A stretch of 64,000 bases of DNA from Pseudomonadota bacterium (GTDB lineage Bacteria > Myxococcota_A > Polyangia > Fen-1088), in NCBI GenBank assembly GCA_017881245.1, contig JADGRC010000086.1, positions 10,273 to 74,272 of the forward strand, written 5' to 3'. The notes beneath the pieces were generated by a model. The model was given only the letters and a program-made list of their open reading frames with translations. It ran no database searches and was not told the origin of the DNA. This document shows positions 44,921-54,916 of this stretch, in pieces. The position numbers and the translations under genes were made by a program. How positions within the stretch are numbered: the first letter of the stretch is position 1; each line of letters opens with the position of its first letter.

Positions 44921-45790
44921 TCAGAGACGGCGATGAGATAGGCAAGGCAGGCGTCCGCGTACGTCGTCTTGATATTGGAAGTCCAAGTCGGCGATGGCGA
45001 CGCCGGGATGGTCTCCGCACTCGGCCAGGACGGTGCCCCAGGGGTCGACTATCAGAGCGTGGCCGTAACTTCGACGCTGGCCGCCGTGAAGGCCGAATTG
45101 GGCGGGCGCCAACACGAAGGCCTGATTCTCGATCGCGCGCGCCCGTAACAGCGTGTGCCAGTGGTCCTTTCCAGTCTCGGCCGTGAAGGCTGACGGAACT
45201 GCCAACACCCGAGCGCCCGCCGAGGACTGCCTTCGATAGAGCTCCGGGAAGCGAAGGTCATAACATATGGAAAGGCCGAGCCCCCCCCAAGGGAACGGTG
45301 CGACGACAACCTCGCCGCCCGCTTCGATCGCCTCCGATTCCCGAAAGCGCGTCCCATTTGGCGTGTCGACGTCGAATAGGTGGATCTTTCGGTAGCGTGC
45401 GCTTATGTCCCCGTCGGGTCCAAGCAGGACCGCCGTGTTTCGGATCCGGGCGGCATCCTGTCCCCGCTCCGGAAAGCCACCCAGGAGCAGGTGGAGGCCC
45501 ACCTCCCGGGCGAGCGCGATCATGGTCGCCAGGATGGGACCGGGAAAGGATCCGGCGCCATCGCGGTCCGGATCGAGAGGTTCGGCTATTGCCAGTCGGT
45601 GATCCCGGTCCGAGCCGAGGTAAGCAAAATTTTCGGGCAGGCCAACCAACTGGGCTCCGCGCCTCGCGGCCACGCGGACCAGTTGGCACGCGGATGCGAG
45701 GTTCCCGGCGACGTCCTCGGTGGAGGTCATCTGGACGGCGGCGGCGCACAGGCTCCGCGATGATGACTCAGTCTTTGCGACCACCGTCAT
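44921..45790 (-). CDS. carbon-nitrogen hydrolase (Nit/omega-amidase-like)
   Basis: Catalytic E-K-C contexts are 'LVGLPENFAY', 'YRKIHLFD' and 'LSICYDLRFPE'. 289 aa. Confidence 0.8.
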   Translation of the reverse strand: MTVVAKTESSSRSLCAAAVQMTSTEDVAGNLASACQLVRVAARRGAQLVGLPENFAYLGSDRDHRLAIAEPLDPDRDGAGSFPGPILATMIALAREVGLHLLLGGFPERGQDAARIRNTAVLLGPDGDISARYRKIHLFDVDTPNGTRFRESEAIEAGGEVVVAPFPWGGLGLSICYDLRFPELYRRQSSAGARVLAVPSAFTAETGKDHWHTLLRARAIENQAFVLAPAQFGLHGGQRRSYGHALIVDPWGTVLAECGDHPGVAIADLDFQYQDDVRGRLPCLSHRRL

Positions 45791-45946
45791 TTCTTAACCC
45801 AATGCCGCGTCTTTTCACACGAGGGGGCCGACGGAATCCTGGCGCGTCGAACGGCCGCGCCCTGACGCGTCCGGCGACGATCCGGGAGGTTCGGTCAGTC
45901 GGGACGGCGTGGGGTCCCGGCAAAACGGTGCGAAAATGGTGCAACG

Positions 45947-45967
45947 CTCCATGGAATTCTCATGGAG
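45947..45967. promoter_or_regulatory. inverted repeat CTCCATG-gaattct-CATGGAG upstream of the rimP promoter
   Basis: Perfect 7-bp arms with a 7-nt spacer, ending 30 nt upstream of the -35 box. Confidence 0.3.
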
Positions 45968-45996
45968 TATCAAATGTTTGAACGATTGTTTCCAAG

Positions 45997-46025
45997 TTGC
46001 GCCTGACAATCCAGCGTGATATAAG
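45997..46025 (+). promoter_or_regulatory. sigma70-type promoter (extended -10) of the rimP-nusA-infB operon leader
   Basis: TTGCGC (45997..46002), 17 nt, TATAAG (46020..46025) preceded by TGa. It lies in a locally AT-rich stretch. Confidence 0.5.
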
Positions 46026-46061
46026 CGGCGCTTCCGAAATTCCGCGTTAGCCCCTCAGCGT

Positions 46062-46090
46062 AGGTGGGCCCGCAGCCCGCCTTTTTTTTT
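46062..46090 (+). terminator. intrinsic terminator/attenuator 15 nt upstream of the rimP start codon
   Basis: 8-bp stem AGGTGGGC / GCCCGCCT with one G-U pair, loop ccgca, followed by a run of nine T (46082..46090). The T-tract is present on the + strand only. Confidence 0.6.
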
Positions 46091-46104
46091 GCCCAACGAT
46101 CGTC

Positions 46105-46635
46105 ATGAGAAAGGACGTACGAAACTTGTGGAATCTGGTCGAACCATACGTGAAAGACGCCGGGTTCGATTTGGTTGAGGTTCACTCCGGCCGCGAGCAA
46201 AGCGGCTGGGTCGTACGTCTATTCATTGACAGGATGCCGGACCCAAGGGTGCCGGGGTCCGACGTCGGGCTGCCCCTTCCCGAGGAAACGGTCTCGCTGG
46301 AGAACTGCGAACGCGTGAGCCGCGACGTGTCCGCGGCGCTCGACGTCGCGGACATGATTCCCCACGCCTATCAGCTCGAGGTCAGCTCGCCGGGGATCGA
46401 TCGACCCCTGAGGCGCCAGTTGGACTTTGCCCGCTTCGCGGGGCGTGAGGCGCGCATTCGCCTGACCGAGGGCGTGGACGGGCGGCGTAATTTCTCCGGC
46501 CATATTCGCGGCGCCCGTGACGGCGTCGTGGAGATCGATTGTGACGGCCGGACGTACCACCTTCCCATCGAGGACATCGCCAAGGCGAACTTGGTCCCCG
46601 ATTGGGACAAGGAATTGAAACGGAGCGCGTCATGA
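46105..46635 (+). CDS. rimP: ribosome maturation factor RimP
   Basis: '[17 protein letters not shown]...GWVVRLFID' and its position immediately upstream of nusA. Confidence 0.85.
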   Translation: MRKDVRNLWNLVEPYVKDAGFDLVEVHSGREQSGWVVRLFIDRMPDPRVPGSDVGLPLPEETVSLENCERVSRDVSAALDVADMIPHAYQLEVSSPGIDRPLRRQLDFARFAGREARIRLTEGVDGRRNFSGHIRGARDGVVEIDCDGRTYHLPIEDIAKANLVPDWDKELKRSAS

Positions 46636-48065
46636 GTGATGGTGCCGCCCTTGGCCTGGTGCTCGATCAGGTCTCGAAAGACAAGAACATCGACCGTGGG
46701 ATTTTGGTCGAAGCGTTGGAACAGGCAATCCTGACCGCGGCGAAACGCGCGTTCGGCATGCAGCGGGAGATGGAGGCTAAGTTCAACGAGGAGACGGGCC
46801 GCGTCGACCTGTTTCAGATCATCATCATCGTCGAACTAGTGACGGCGGGAAATGAGGGGAAGGAAATTCCCATCGTCGATGCCGTTCGTTTCGGCCTCAA
46901 GGCCGAGGTGGGCGACGAGCTGCTTTTTCAGATTTTTTTCGACGAGAAAGATCAGGCACGCGCCGAGGAGCAGGACGCCAAGTACGGCGCGCTCTTGCAG
47001 CTTAATCGGGCCTGGAAAGGGTTCGGCCGTATCGCCGCCCAGACCGCGAAACAGGTCATCCTGCAGCGGGTCCGTGAGGCCGAACGCGACAACGTTTTCA
47101 ATCAATACAAGGACCGCAAGGGCGAACTGATCTCCGGTATCGTCCGCCGTTTCGAACGGGGGAACTTGGTGGTCGATCTCGGCGGCGCCGAGGCCATCTT
47201 GCCGGTGCGCGAGCAGGTGCAGCGCGAATCCTATCGAGCCGGGGATCGTATCGTCGCGTACGTTGTGGACATCGACAAGGCGGCACGCGGTCCGCAGATC
47301 ATTTTGTCGCGGACGCACAAGGGACTGCTCGAGAAGCTGTTCGAGATGGAGGTCCCCGAGATTTACGAGAAGATTGTTCGCATCGAGGCCTCCGCGCGCG
47401 AGCCGGGCGCTCGGTCCAAGATCGCCGTCAGCAGCCGGGACCGGGATGTGGATCCGGTCGGGGCCTGTGTTGGAATGAAGGGTTCGCGCGTCCAGGCGGT
47501 GGTTCAGGAGCTTCGGGGCGAAAAGATTGACATCGTTCCGTACGATCCCGATCCCGCGCGATTTGTCTGCAACGCGATTGCGCCCGCCGAGGTATCTCGG
47601 GTGCTCATCGACGCGGGTTCGCACACGATGGAGCTCATCGTGCCCGACGAGAAGCTGTCCCTGGCGATCGGCAAGAAGGGTCAAAATGTCCGCCTGGCGT
47701 CGCAACTGACCGGCTGGCGGATCGACATTCATTCGGAGAGCAAGGTTCGCGAGATGGAGGCGCGCGGGCGCGCTTCCCTGGCGTTGATCGATGGGTTGAC
47801 GCCTGATTTGGTCGAAGCCCTGTTTCGCCTGGGTTGGCGTTCGGCGTCGGACGTGTCACACGGCAAGCCCGATGAGTTGGCCGAGGTTCCCGGAATTTCC
47901 GCGGACCTGGCCCCTCGAATCATTGCCGCCGCGCGGGCTGTCGAGGCCGATCGCCGACGTCAGGCCGACGAAGCAACGTTGGCTGCGGCGGCCTTGGCCG
48001 CTTCATCGGGTCCTGGCGATGGGCCTGCCGCGAACGGGACGTCCTCCACGACGGAGGGGCCATGA
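46632..48065 (+). CDS. nusA: transcription termination/antitermination factor NusA
   Basis: The ATG at 46632 overlaps the rimP stop (ATGA). N-terminal domain, S1 ('[21 protein letters not shown]') and two KH domains ('[12 protein letters not shown]', '[13 protein letters not shown]'). Confidence 0.95.
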   Translation: MSDGAALGLVLDQVSKDKNIDRGILVEALEQAILTAAKRAFGMQREMEAKFNEETGRVDLFQIIIIVELVTAGNEGKEIPIVDAVRFGLKAEVGDELLFQIFFDEKDQARAEEQDAKYGALLQLNRAWKGFGRIAAQTAKQVILQRVREAERDNVFNQYKDRKGELISGIVRRFERGNLVVDLGGAEAILPVREQVQRESYRAGDRIVAYVVDIDKAARGPQIILSRTHKGLLEKLFEMEVPEIYEKIVRIEASAREPGARSKIAVSSRDRDVDPVGACVGMKGSRVQAVVQELRGEKIDIVPYDPDPARFVCNAIAPAEVSRVLIDAGSHTMELIVPDEKLSLAIGKKGQNVRLASQLTGWRIDIHSESKVREMEARGRASLALIDGLTPDLVEALFRLGWRSASDVSHGKPDELAEVPGISADLAPRIIAAARAVEADRRRQADEATLAAAALAASSGPGDGPAANGTSSTTEGP

Positions 48066-48068
48066 TTC

Positions 48069-48401
48069 GTGGCCGCTCCCACGAGAACGTGCATCGGTTG
48101 TCGCCGTCGGGCAGCAGCCACGGAATTGGTCCGGTTGGTGATCGTGGATGGACGCTTGCGCGTGGGTGCGCGATCCGGTCAGCCGGGCCGCGGGGCGTCG
48201 ATTCATCCGGCAGAGGCGTGCATCGCGTCCGCAGTCAGATCGCGCGCGTTTGGTCGCGCCTTTCGGCAGCCGATGATCGCTCCCCTTCAAGACAACGAAC
48301 AATCCAACCCATCGAGCGTGAAAGAGGCGATTTCCGCCTTGATGAGGGACATCGAAGTTTCTTACGCCTCGCAACAGCCCAGAGCAGGTAGGACGTCATG
48401 A
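48069..48401 (+). CDS. ylxR: YlxR family (DUF448) RNA-binding protein
   Basis: GTG start. 'RTCIGCRRR....LVRLV' and 'GRGASIHP' motifs. Canonical position between nusA and infB. Confidence 0.8.
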   Translation: MAAPTRTCIGCRRRAAATELVRLVIVDGRLRVGARSGQPGRGASIHPAEACIASAVRSRAFGRAFRQPMIAPLQDNEQSNPSSVKEAISALMRDIEVSYASQQPRAGRTS

Positions 48402-51253
48402 TCGGAAGCGGATTCGAGCGAAGGTCTGAGTCGAACGCCAGTTCACCCGAGGCGACGGCTCCGGGTCCGCGGATGCGTGTTTACGAGTTGGCCAAGGAAC
48501 TTGGTTTGGCGAACGCGGATCTGGTGTCTCGAATCCAGGCCCTGGGAATCGATGCGGCGAACCATATGTCGCACCTCGAATCCATGGACGCCGATCGGGT
48601 GCGGCGATCGCTGACCCGTGAGCGTCACGAAAGCTTGGTCGAGGAGCGCCTCACCGATACCGTGATTCGGCGGCGATCGAAGGTTCCGCCTGCCGCCCCG
48701 GCTCCCGCGGCGTCAGTTCCGGCATCGGGCGGTGTCTCGGCACCGCGCAAGACTGTAGCAGCGCCCGTCGAGACCAAGGCGCCTGCGGCGTCTCCCGCGT
48801 CAGCACCGGAAGCGCGGCGTCCGGTGGCGCCCACGGGATCTACGCGGTCACCGATCGTGGCGGAGAAGCCGACTGGCGCCGTCGAGGCGGTGTCCGAGCC
48901 GGCTCCGGCGCGGCGCGCGTCGCGCCTCAGTAGTGCGGAGCAGCCCGCCACAGAGGTCGCACCGGCCGCGGCCGCACCGCCGACCGGATCAGCCCATCAA
49001 GGGACGTCGGGGATGTCGGGGACTTCGGATTCCGTCGCTCAAACACCCGCGCCTGCAATCGCCATCAGCGGGGCAGCGGCGTCTCCCGCGCCGGCTACGG
49101 CAAAAGCGCCCTCATCCGTGGCGCCCCCGTCGGCTGTCCCGACGGACTCGGCCGCGGCTCCGACGGTCGTCTTGCGGACCATCCCCCAGCCCGTGGTCAC
49201 GGGCTCGGCGGCGACGGGACAGTTTATCCAGCTCCCAGGGCGAACCCCTCCCGGGGTTCCGAAGGTGGAAATCAAGGATCGAGACGAGGAGTTGCGGCGT
49301 ATGGGCCGCGCTCCGGTGGGCCGCGATCGATTCGGGCGGCCGCTCGGCGGCGCCGGTCCGGGCGGACAACGCCCGGGACAGCCGGGGCCGTGGGCTCCTA
49401 AGAAGAAGGTCGCAGCTGCCGGGAAGAAATCCAAGAAAACCGAAATCACCACGCCCGCCGAGCACAAGCGGGTCGTGCGCATGGGCGACACGATCCAGGT
49501 GTCCGAGTTCGCCCAGAAGATGGGCATCAAGGGCAAGGAGATCATCAAGCGTCTGTGGGCGCTTGGAATGATGGGCGTGAACATCAACCACGACATCGAT
49601 CTCGACACGGCGACCCTGATTGCCAACGAGCTCGGCTATCAGATCGAGTCCACCGCGTTTCGTGAGGACGAAGTGCTGGCGGAATCACACGTCGACGATG
49701 TCCCGGAGGACATGGTTCCGCGCGCGCCCGTCGTCACGATCATGGGGCACGTCGATCACGGCAAAACATCGCTGCTGGACGCGATCCGGAAGGCGAACGT
49801 GGCGGGGGGCGAGGCCGGCGGCATCACGCAGCATATAGGCGCCTACAAGGTTCACTCGGACCGTGGCGATGTCGTGTTTTTGGATACTCCCGGTCACGCG
49901 GCCTTCACGGCCATGCGCGCGCGCGGCGCTCAGATGACGGATATCGTCGTCTTGGTGGTGGCCGCCGACGACGGACCGATGCCCCAGACCATCGAGGCCA
50001 TCAAGCATGCCAGGGAGGCCAAGGTTCCCATCTTGGTCGCGATCAACAAGATAGACAAGCCGGGCGCCAATCCCGATGCCATTCGCAACAAGCTGTCCGA
50101 GCACCAACTGGTGTCCGAGGAATGGGGCGGCGATACTATTTTCGTGAACGTTTCGGCGAAGACCAAGCAGGGCATCGACAAGCTGTTGGAGATGCTGGCT
50201 CTTCAGGCTGAGGTCTTGGAGCTCAAGGCGAACCCGAAGCGCGCGGCCAAGGGCCACGTGGTCGAGGCGCGTCTCGACCGGTCGCGCGGCCCCATCTCGA
50301 CCTTGCTGGTCGAGGAGGGAACGCTGCGCTTGGGCGATCTCGTCGTCGCAGGCGAGATGTCCGGCAAGATCCGGGCGATGTTGAACGACAAGGGCCAGAA
50401 CATCTCGGAGGCGGGACCGTCGACGCCGGTCGAGCTATTGGGCCTGGACGGGGTTCCGGACGCGGGTGAGTTGTTCAACGTCGTCACGGACGAGAAGGCC
50501 GTGAAGACACTGACCGAGCACCGCCGCGAGACGCGCAAGAGGAAGGAAACGACCGGGACGGCGCGCGTATCCCTGGAGAACATCCTCGACAAGATCAAAT
50601 CGGGCGAAGCCCGTGAGGTCAAGATTGTCCTCAAGGCGGACGTTCAGGGATCGGCCGAGGCGGTGTCGAACGCCCTGACCATGTTGACGACCCCCGAAGT
50701 CAGCGTGAACGTCATCTCGGCGGGCGTCGGTGGCATTACGGAGTCGGACGTTACGTTGGCCAAGGCTTCGGCGGCCGTCATCATCGGGTTCAACGTTCGG
50801 CCCGCGGGCAAGTCGGCCCAGCTTGCCGAACAAGAGGGCGTCGAGATCAAGCTGTACCAAGTGATCTACGAGGCCATTGACGACGTGAAGAAGGCCATGG
50901 AGGGGATGTTGGCGCCGGTGTTGCGCGAGAAGATCACCGGGCGCGTCGAGGTCCGTCAGGTCTTCAACATTCCCAAGGCTGGAACCATCGCTGGATCGTT
51001 CGTGACCGAGGGCAAGGTTACGCGCAAGTCGCAGGTGCGTTTGATTCGCGACTCCGTCGTCGTCTACACGGGCAAGGTCGGCTCCTTGCGTCGATTCAAG
51101 GACGACGCCAGCGAGGTGGCGGCGGGCTACGAGTGTGGCGTCAGCATCGAAGGCTACTCCGATGTGCGCGACGGGGACGTCATCGAGGCCTTCGAGATCG
51201 AGAGCATCGCGGCCACGTTGGAGATGCCGGGCGATCAGTCCGCGCGACGTTGA
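48398..51253 (+). CDS. infB: translation initiation factor IF-2
   Basis: The ATG at 48398 overlaps the ylxR stop (ATGA). An alternative ATG at 48473 gives '[11 protein letters not shown]'. An Ala/Pro-rich linker follows. G-domain motifs are '[12 protein letters not shown]', 'DTPGH' and 'NKID'. Confidence 0.95.
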   Translation: MIGSGFERRSESNASSPEATAPGPRMRVYELAKELGLANADLVSRIQALGIDAANHMSHLESMDADRVRRSLTRERHESLVEERLTDTVIRRRSKVPPAAPAPAASVPASGGVSAPRKTVAAPVETKAPAASPASAPEARRPVAPTGSTRSPIVAEKPTGAVEAVSEPAPARRASRLSSAEQPATEVAPAAAAPPTGSAHQGTSGMSGTSDSVAQTPAPAIAISGAAASPAPATAKAPSSVAPPSAVPTDSAAAPTVVLRTIPQPVVTGSAATGQFIQLPGRTPPGVPKVEIKDRDEELRRMGRAPVGRDRFGRPLGGAGPGGQRPGQPGPWAPKKKVAAAGKKSKKTEITTPAEHKRVVRMGDTIQVSEFAQKMGIKGKEIIKRLWALGMMGVNINHDIDLDTATLIANELGYQIESTAFREDEVLAESHVDDVPEDMVPRAPVVTIMGHVDHGKTSLLDAIRKANVAGGEAGGITQHIGAYKVHSDRGDVVFLDTPGHAAFTAMRARGAQMTDIVVLVVAADDGPMPQTIEAIKHAREAKVPILVAINKIDKPGANPDAIRNKLSEHQLVSEEWGGDTIFVNVSAKTKQGIDKLLEMLALQAEVLELKANPKRAAKGHVVEARLDRSRGPISTLLVEEGTLRLGDLVVAGEMSGKIRAMLNDKGQNISEAGPSTPVELLGLDGVPDAGELFNVVTDEKAVKTLTEHRRETRKRKETTGTARVSLENILDKIKSGEAREVKIVLKADVQGSAEAVSNALTMLTTPEVSVNVISAGVGGITESDVTLAKASAAVIIGFNVRPAGKSAQLAEQEGVEIKLYQVIYEAIDDVKKAMEGMLAPVLREKITGRVEVRQVFNIPKAGTIAGSFVTEGKVTRKSQVRLIRDSVVVYTGKVGSLRRFKDDASEVAAGYECGVSIEGYSDVRDGDVIEAFEIESIAATLEMPGDQSARR

Positions 51254-51364
51254 CGTGGGCTCATCATCCGGCCTGTCGGCTGGGCGGCTATCGGAGTGTT
51301 GCCGACGGGGGAGGGGGACATCGCGTGCCTGAACGCGGGGCGGTATGCTGGCTCCTCGGTTGCC

Positions 51365-51691
51365 ATGACCATCGGGATCGCGCGCGTGACTCTGTTCCTG
51401 CCGGCCAGCCATTCGCTGAAGGATAAACGCATGGTCCTGCGACGGGTGAAATCGCGAGTGCGCGAGAAGTTCAACGCCGCCATCGCCGAAGTGGGTGACA
51501 ACGATCTGTGGCAGCGCGCGGCGCTCGGAATCACGGTGGTGGGCAACGATCGGACGTTCGCCGAGTCGGCCTTGGACGAGGTGGTGCGTTTCGTGCGAGA
51601 GCACGCGGAGGTGACGAACGTGGAGCACGAGTTGCAGACCTTCAGCGAAGCCTTCGGCGTGGGCGCCGGCACGGACCACTGGAAAGGCTAG
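51365..51691 (+). CDS. DUF503 family protein (YlxP-like)
   Basis: 'MTIGIARVTLFLPASHSLKDKRMVLRRVKSRVREKFN' is typical of DUF503. Position is between infB and rbfA. Confidence 0.75.
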   Translation: MTIGIARVTLFLPASHSLKDKRMVLRRVKSRVREKFNAAIAEVGDNDLWQRAALGITVVGNDRTFAESALDEVVRFVREHAEVTNVEHELQTFSEAFGVGAGTDHWKG

Positions 51692-51702
51692 CGGTCGTCG
51701 TT

Positions 51703-52200
51703 TTGAACCAGCGAACAGAACGTTTGGCGTCGGACATTCACGCCGTGTTAAGCGAGATCATCGCGCGCGGCGAGATCCGGGATTCGCGCGTTCGAGGCGC
51801 GGGCTTGGTCACCATCACCCGGGTACGGGTGACGGGGGATCTGGGCGAGGCGCGAGCTGCTTTCGCCGTGTTTGGAGCGGATCCGGCCACTCTGGAACAG
51901 GTGCGGCGGGGACTGCAGGCGGCGCGCGCCTACCTTCAGCAGGAGCTCGGAAGAAGACTACGCGCGCGCAAGACGGTGATGCTGTCGTTCGAAGTCGATC
52001 GGTCGCTGGACAACGCCTTTCGGGTCGAGGGGCTCTTGCGGGCCGATGCCGCTCTGCACCCGAGGACGACGGTGTCGCCCACGCCTTCGCAAGAGCCGGT
52101 CGTCTCGGACGAGCCGGAATCGGTCATTGACCGCCACGACTCCGACGGCATTGCGGGGAGGGCCGTTCCCGATGCGGACGACGACATTTCTCTGAAATGA
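51703..52200 (+). CDS. rbfA: ribosome-binding factor A
   Basis: 'RTERLASDIHAVLSEII...RDSRV....VTITRVRVTGDLGEARAAF' is RbfA-like. The TTG start at 51703 is uncertain. It has an extended acidic C-terminal tail. Confidence 0.75.
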   Translation: MNQRTERLASDIHAVLSEIIARGEIRDSRVRGAGLVTITRVRVTGDLGEARAAFAVFGADPATLEQVRRGLQAARAYLQQELGRRLRARKTVMLSFEVDRSLDNAFRVEGLLRADAALHPRTTVSPTPSQEPVVSDEPESVIDRHDSDGIAGRAVPDADDDISLK

Positions 52201-53216
52201 CGGAGCCGATTCATGGCGTCGTCGTGGTCGACAAACCCGTCGGCCCGACGTCTTTCTCCATCGTACGGCAGGCGCGCCACGCAACCGGGGCGCGCAAGGT
52301 CGGCCACGGCGGCACCTTGGATCCGCTCGCCTCGGGGGTCCTGCCCCTGTGCTTCGGGGAGGCGACGAAGCTGGCTCAGTTTCTCCTCGACGCCGACAAG
52401 GAATACGAAGCGACGATCGGCTTTGGTGTCGAGACCGACACCTACGATGCCGGGGGGATGATCACGATGAAACGGTCGGCCGAGCATCTGGACATCGACG
52501 TCGTTCAGGCAGCGTTGGCCCGTTTCGTTGGCGAGCAGGCCCAGATCCCGCCCATGTACTCGGCGTTGAAGCGCGACGGGCGGCCTCTGTACGCCTATGC
52601 GCGTGAGGGTACGACAATGGACCGCGCGCCGAGAACGGTTCACATCCACGCTCTTGCGCTCCGGGAGTTCATGAAGGCACCCGCACGGATCGTGCCTTCG
52701 CCCGCCCGCGAGGGGGTCCGCGATATGAATGACGACGCGAACGTCGCGTGTCCGTCCGCTCGGATTGTCATCCGTTGTTCGAAGGGCACCTACGTGCGTT
52801 CGCTGGCGTACGATCTGGGTCGTGCCGTCGGAACGGGCGCGCACCTGACGGCTCTGCGGCGCACCAGATCCGGTCCTTTTGGATTGGATGGCGCGGTTCG
52901 ACCGGAAGCTCTGGCCTCGGCCCCGCTGCCGGTCGTTTCGCCGGCGGCCGCCCTCGCGCACCTGACGACGATTGTTGTCGCCGAAGATGTCGCGGAGGCC
53001 ATTGCGCGTGGCCAGGTCGTGACCTGGCAGAGGGCGGGAGTCCTGCTTGGCGGTTTTCCGGCGGATGGGAGCGGTGGTCCTCTCGTCCGAATCCTTGGAC
53101 CGGGTGGTCATCTGCTCGCCGTGGCGCGACAAGGCGCCGCGGCCGACGCCATCAGGACCCTGCGGGTGTTTCGGGCCTTTGGCGCCGAAGGGCCGTCACC
53201 AGATGCCCTAGACTAG
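52197..53216 (+). CDS. truB: tRNA pseudouridine(55) synthase
   Basis: The ATG at 52197 overlaps the rbfA stop (ATGA). Motifs 'VVVDKPVGPTSF' and 'GHGGTLDPLASGVL' (catalytic Asp). Confidence 0.9.
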   Translation: MTEPIHGVVVVDKPVGPTSFSIVRQARHATGARKVGHGGTLDPLASGVLPLCFGEATKLAQFLLDADKEYEATIGFGVETDTYDAGGMITMKRSAEHLDIDVVQAALARFVGEQAQIPPMYSALKRDGRPLYAYAREGTTMDRAPRTVHIHALALREFMKAPARIVPSPAREGVRDMNDDANVACPSARIVIRCSKGTYVRSLAYDLGRAVGTGAHLTALRRTRSGPFGLDGAVRPEALASAPLPVVSPAAALAHLTTIVVAEDVAEAIARGQVVTWQRAGVLLGGFPADGSGGPLVRILGPGGHLLAVARQGAAADAIRTLRVFRAFGAEGPSPDALD

Positions 53217-53282
53217 CCGATCGAAATGTTGAGGAATGAGGCAAGTTTTCATCTCAGGCGATCGAGTAGCCAATCCAGGCAC

Positions 53283-53379
53283 GGGGAGGTCCAGCTTACT
53301 GGACCGGCCTCGCCGTCGAGAAACTCCGTGGGGGTTTCGCAGGGGGCCTTCCGAGGCCCCTTGCGGCGGCGAAGCCGCT
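53283..53379 (-). repeat. structured intergenic repeat, copy C (hairpin 2 has a different but still complementary stem)
   Basis: Minus-strand read after the apaG TAG: AGCGGCTTCGCCGCC; hairpin 1 GCAAGGGGCCTcggaAGGCCCCCTGC (53339..53364); AACCCCCACGGAGTTTCT; GCCGG; hairpin 2 GGTCCAG-taag-CTGGACC (53288..53305); TCCCC. Confidence 0.55.
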
Positions 53380-53763
53380 CTAGTTCAGAGTTTGCGGCAA
53401 GGCCAGGCGAAACGGCGCGATATCGGCGTCGAATGCCCCTCCCCTGTCGGGGACCATCTGGTACGTTCCACGCATCTCTCCCGACGGTGTGGCCAGCACG
53501 CACCAGCTGGTGTATTCGAAGCTCTCACCGGGCTTCAAACGGGGTTGGACGCCGACCACCCCGGGCCCGCGAACCTCCTCGACATGGCCACCCGCGTCCG
53601 TAATGATCCAGTGCCGCGACTCCAGCCGGGTCGTGACTTCGCTTTCGTTCGAAATGCGCACCGTATAAGCGAAGGCGAACTGCCGGCTCGACACGGACGA
53701 TCGCTCAGGAATGTACTGGCTTTTTACGGTCACCATGATTCCGTTGGTCATCGCGGTCGACAT
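53380..53763 (-). CDS. apaG: ApaG (DUF525) protein
   Basis: 'FAFAYTVRISNESEVTTRLESRHWIITDAGGHVEEVRGPGVVGVQPRLKPGESFEYTS' closely follows the ApaG pattern. 127 aa. Confidence 0.85.
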   Translation of the reverse strand: MSTAMTNGIMVTVKSQYIPERSSVSSRQFAFAYTVRISNESEVTTRLESRHWIITDAGGHVEEVRGPGVVGVQPRLKPGESFEYTSWCVLATPSGEMRGTYQMVPDRGGAFDADIAPFRLALPQTLN

Positions 53764-53810
53764 CGGTTAGACACCCTGTCAAAGGCAGCTCGCCCGTTCA
53801 AGCGAATCAC

Positions 53811-54728
53811 ATGCGATTTCTAATGACAGGAGCGACTGGGTTTCTGGGCCATCACCTCTGGGCGACCTTGCGGGACGCCGGTCACGAAGGCGTGGCGCTG
53901 GCTCGTGACCCAGAGCGCGCGGCGAAGATTGTGCCGGGAGGACGTATTTTCGAATGGAATGGGGTGGTGGGGTTGCCCCCAGAGTCCGCCTTCACGGGGG
54001 TGGATGTTGTCTTTAACTTGATCGGCGAATCCGTAGCTCGCCGCTGGAATGCGGAGCGTAAGCGACGTTTCCGTGACAGCCGGGTGTTACCAACGCGAGC
54101 GTTGGTCGAGCGCATGTCAGGCCTTGCGACGCGACCGGGCACGATGATTTCCATCGCGGGGACGGGCTTCTATGGTGATCGAGGAGAGGAAGTCCTGACC
54201 GAAACCAGCACTCCCGGCAAGGGATTCTTGGCAAGCCTGAGTCAGGAGTGGGAGATCGCGGCCGGGGAGGCGGAACCTTTGGGGGTCCGGACGGTCGTCG
54301 TCCGATCCGGCGTAATCCTCGGTCGCGACGGGGGCGTTCTGCCACGGATTCTGACGCCGTTCCGATTCGGATTGGGAGGTCGATTGGGCAGCGGTCGCCA
54401 GTACTTCCCCTGGATCCACCTCGCGGACGCGGTCGGAATCCTCCTGCACGTCGCCGACCGGACGGAAATCCGGGGCCCCCTCAATGGGGTAGCTCCCGAG
54501 CCCGTGACGAACGCGGAGCTCACCGCGGCCCTGGGCAGAAGCCTCAATCGTCCAACGGCCCTGCGTGTTCCCGAATTCGCGCTGAAGGCGGCACTGGGGG
54601 AAATGGCCGAAGAATTGCTCCTTGCAAGCCAGCGAGTTTCGCCCATTCGCGCCCTACAGACGGGTTACGGCTTCAAATTTCCCTTGCTAGGCCCCGCCAT
54701 CGCCGATCTTTGCGCCCCGGCGAGCTGA
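53811..54728 (+). CDS. NAD-dependent epimerase-family SDR (TIGR01777/DUF1731-type)
   Basis: 'MRFLMTGATGFLGHHL' is the Rossmann motif. The C-terminal 'LLASQRVSPIRALQTGYGFKFP' resembles the DUF1731 tail. Confidence 0.7.
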   Translation: MRFLMTGATGFLGHHLWATLRDAGHEGVALARDPERAAKIVPGGRIFEWNGVVGLPPESAFTGVDVVFNLIGESVARRWNAERKRRFRDSRVLPTRALVERMSGLATRPGTMISIAGTGFYGDRGEEVLTETSTPGKGFLASLSQEWEIAAGEAEPLGVRTVVVRSGVILGRDGGVLPRILTPFRFGLGGRLGSGRQYFPWIHLADAVGILLHVADRTEIRGPLNGVAPEPVTNAELTAALGRSLNRPTALRVPEFALKAALGEMAEELLLASQRVSPIRALQTGYGFKFPLLGPAIADLCAPAS

Positions 54729-54797
54729 TCACCCTCGTCAGCTGGGCGGCGCGGCGCATCGCGCGTCGAAGGGTCGAGGCCTGTTCTCTTTTGCCCA

Positions 54798-54830
54798 AAA
54801 GCCTCGTGTCGAAGCCGAGCTTTGTTTTTT
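54798..54830 (+). terminator. candidate intrinsic terminator after the SDR gene
   Basis: Stem AAAGC(C)TCG / CGAGCTTT with one bulge, 9-nt loop, followed by gTTTTTT. Confidence 0.4.
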
Positions 54831-54916
54831 GGTCAGCTTGATTTTTTGTTCAGAAAGACAGATGATATTCGCGCGCCAGCTTCCGCTTTCCAACTGGAAG
54901 AGGGCGCGAAGGAGCT

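Noticed and set aside
45791-46104. tRNA (metY-like) upstream of rimP, as in E. coli
   Set aside because: No cloverleaf-compatible sequence and no GGTTCGAATCC-type T-arm is present. The region instead holds a promoter, a short leader and a terminator.
50435-51679. 414-aa ORF on the minus strand
   Set aside because: It lies antisense to infB and DUF503, which are unambiguous conserved genes.
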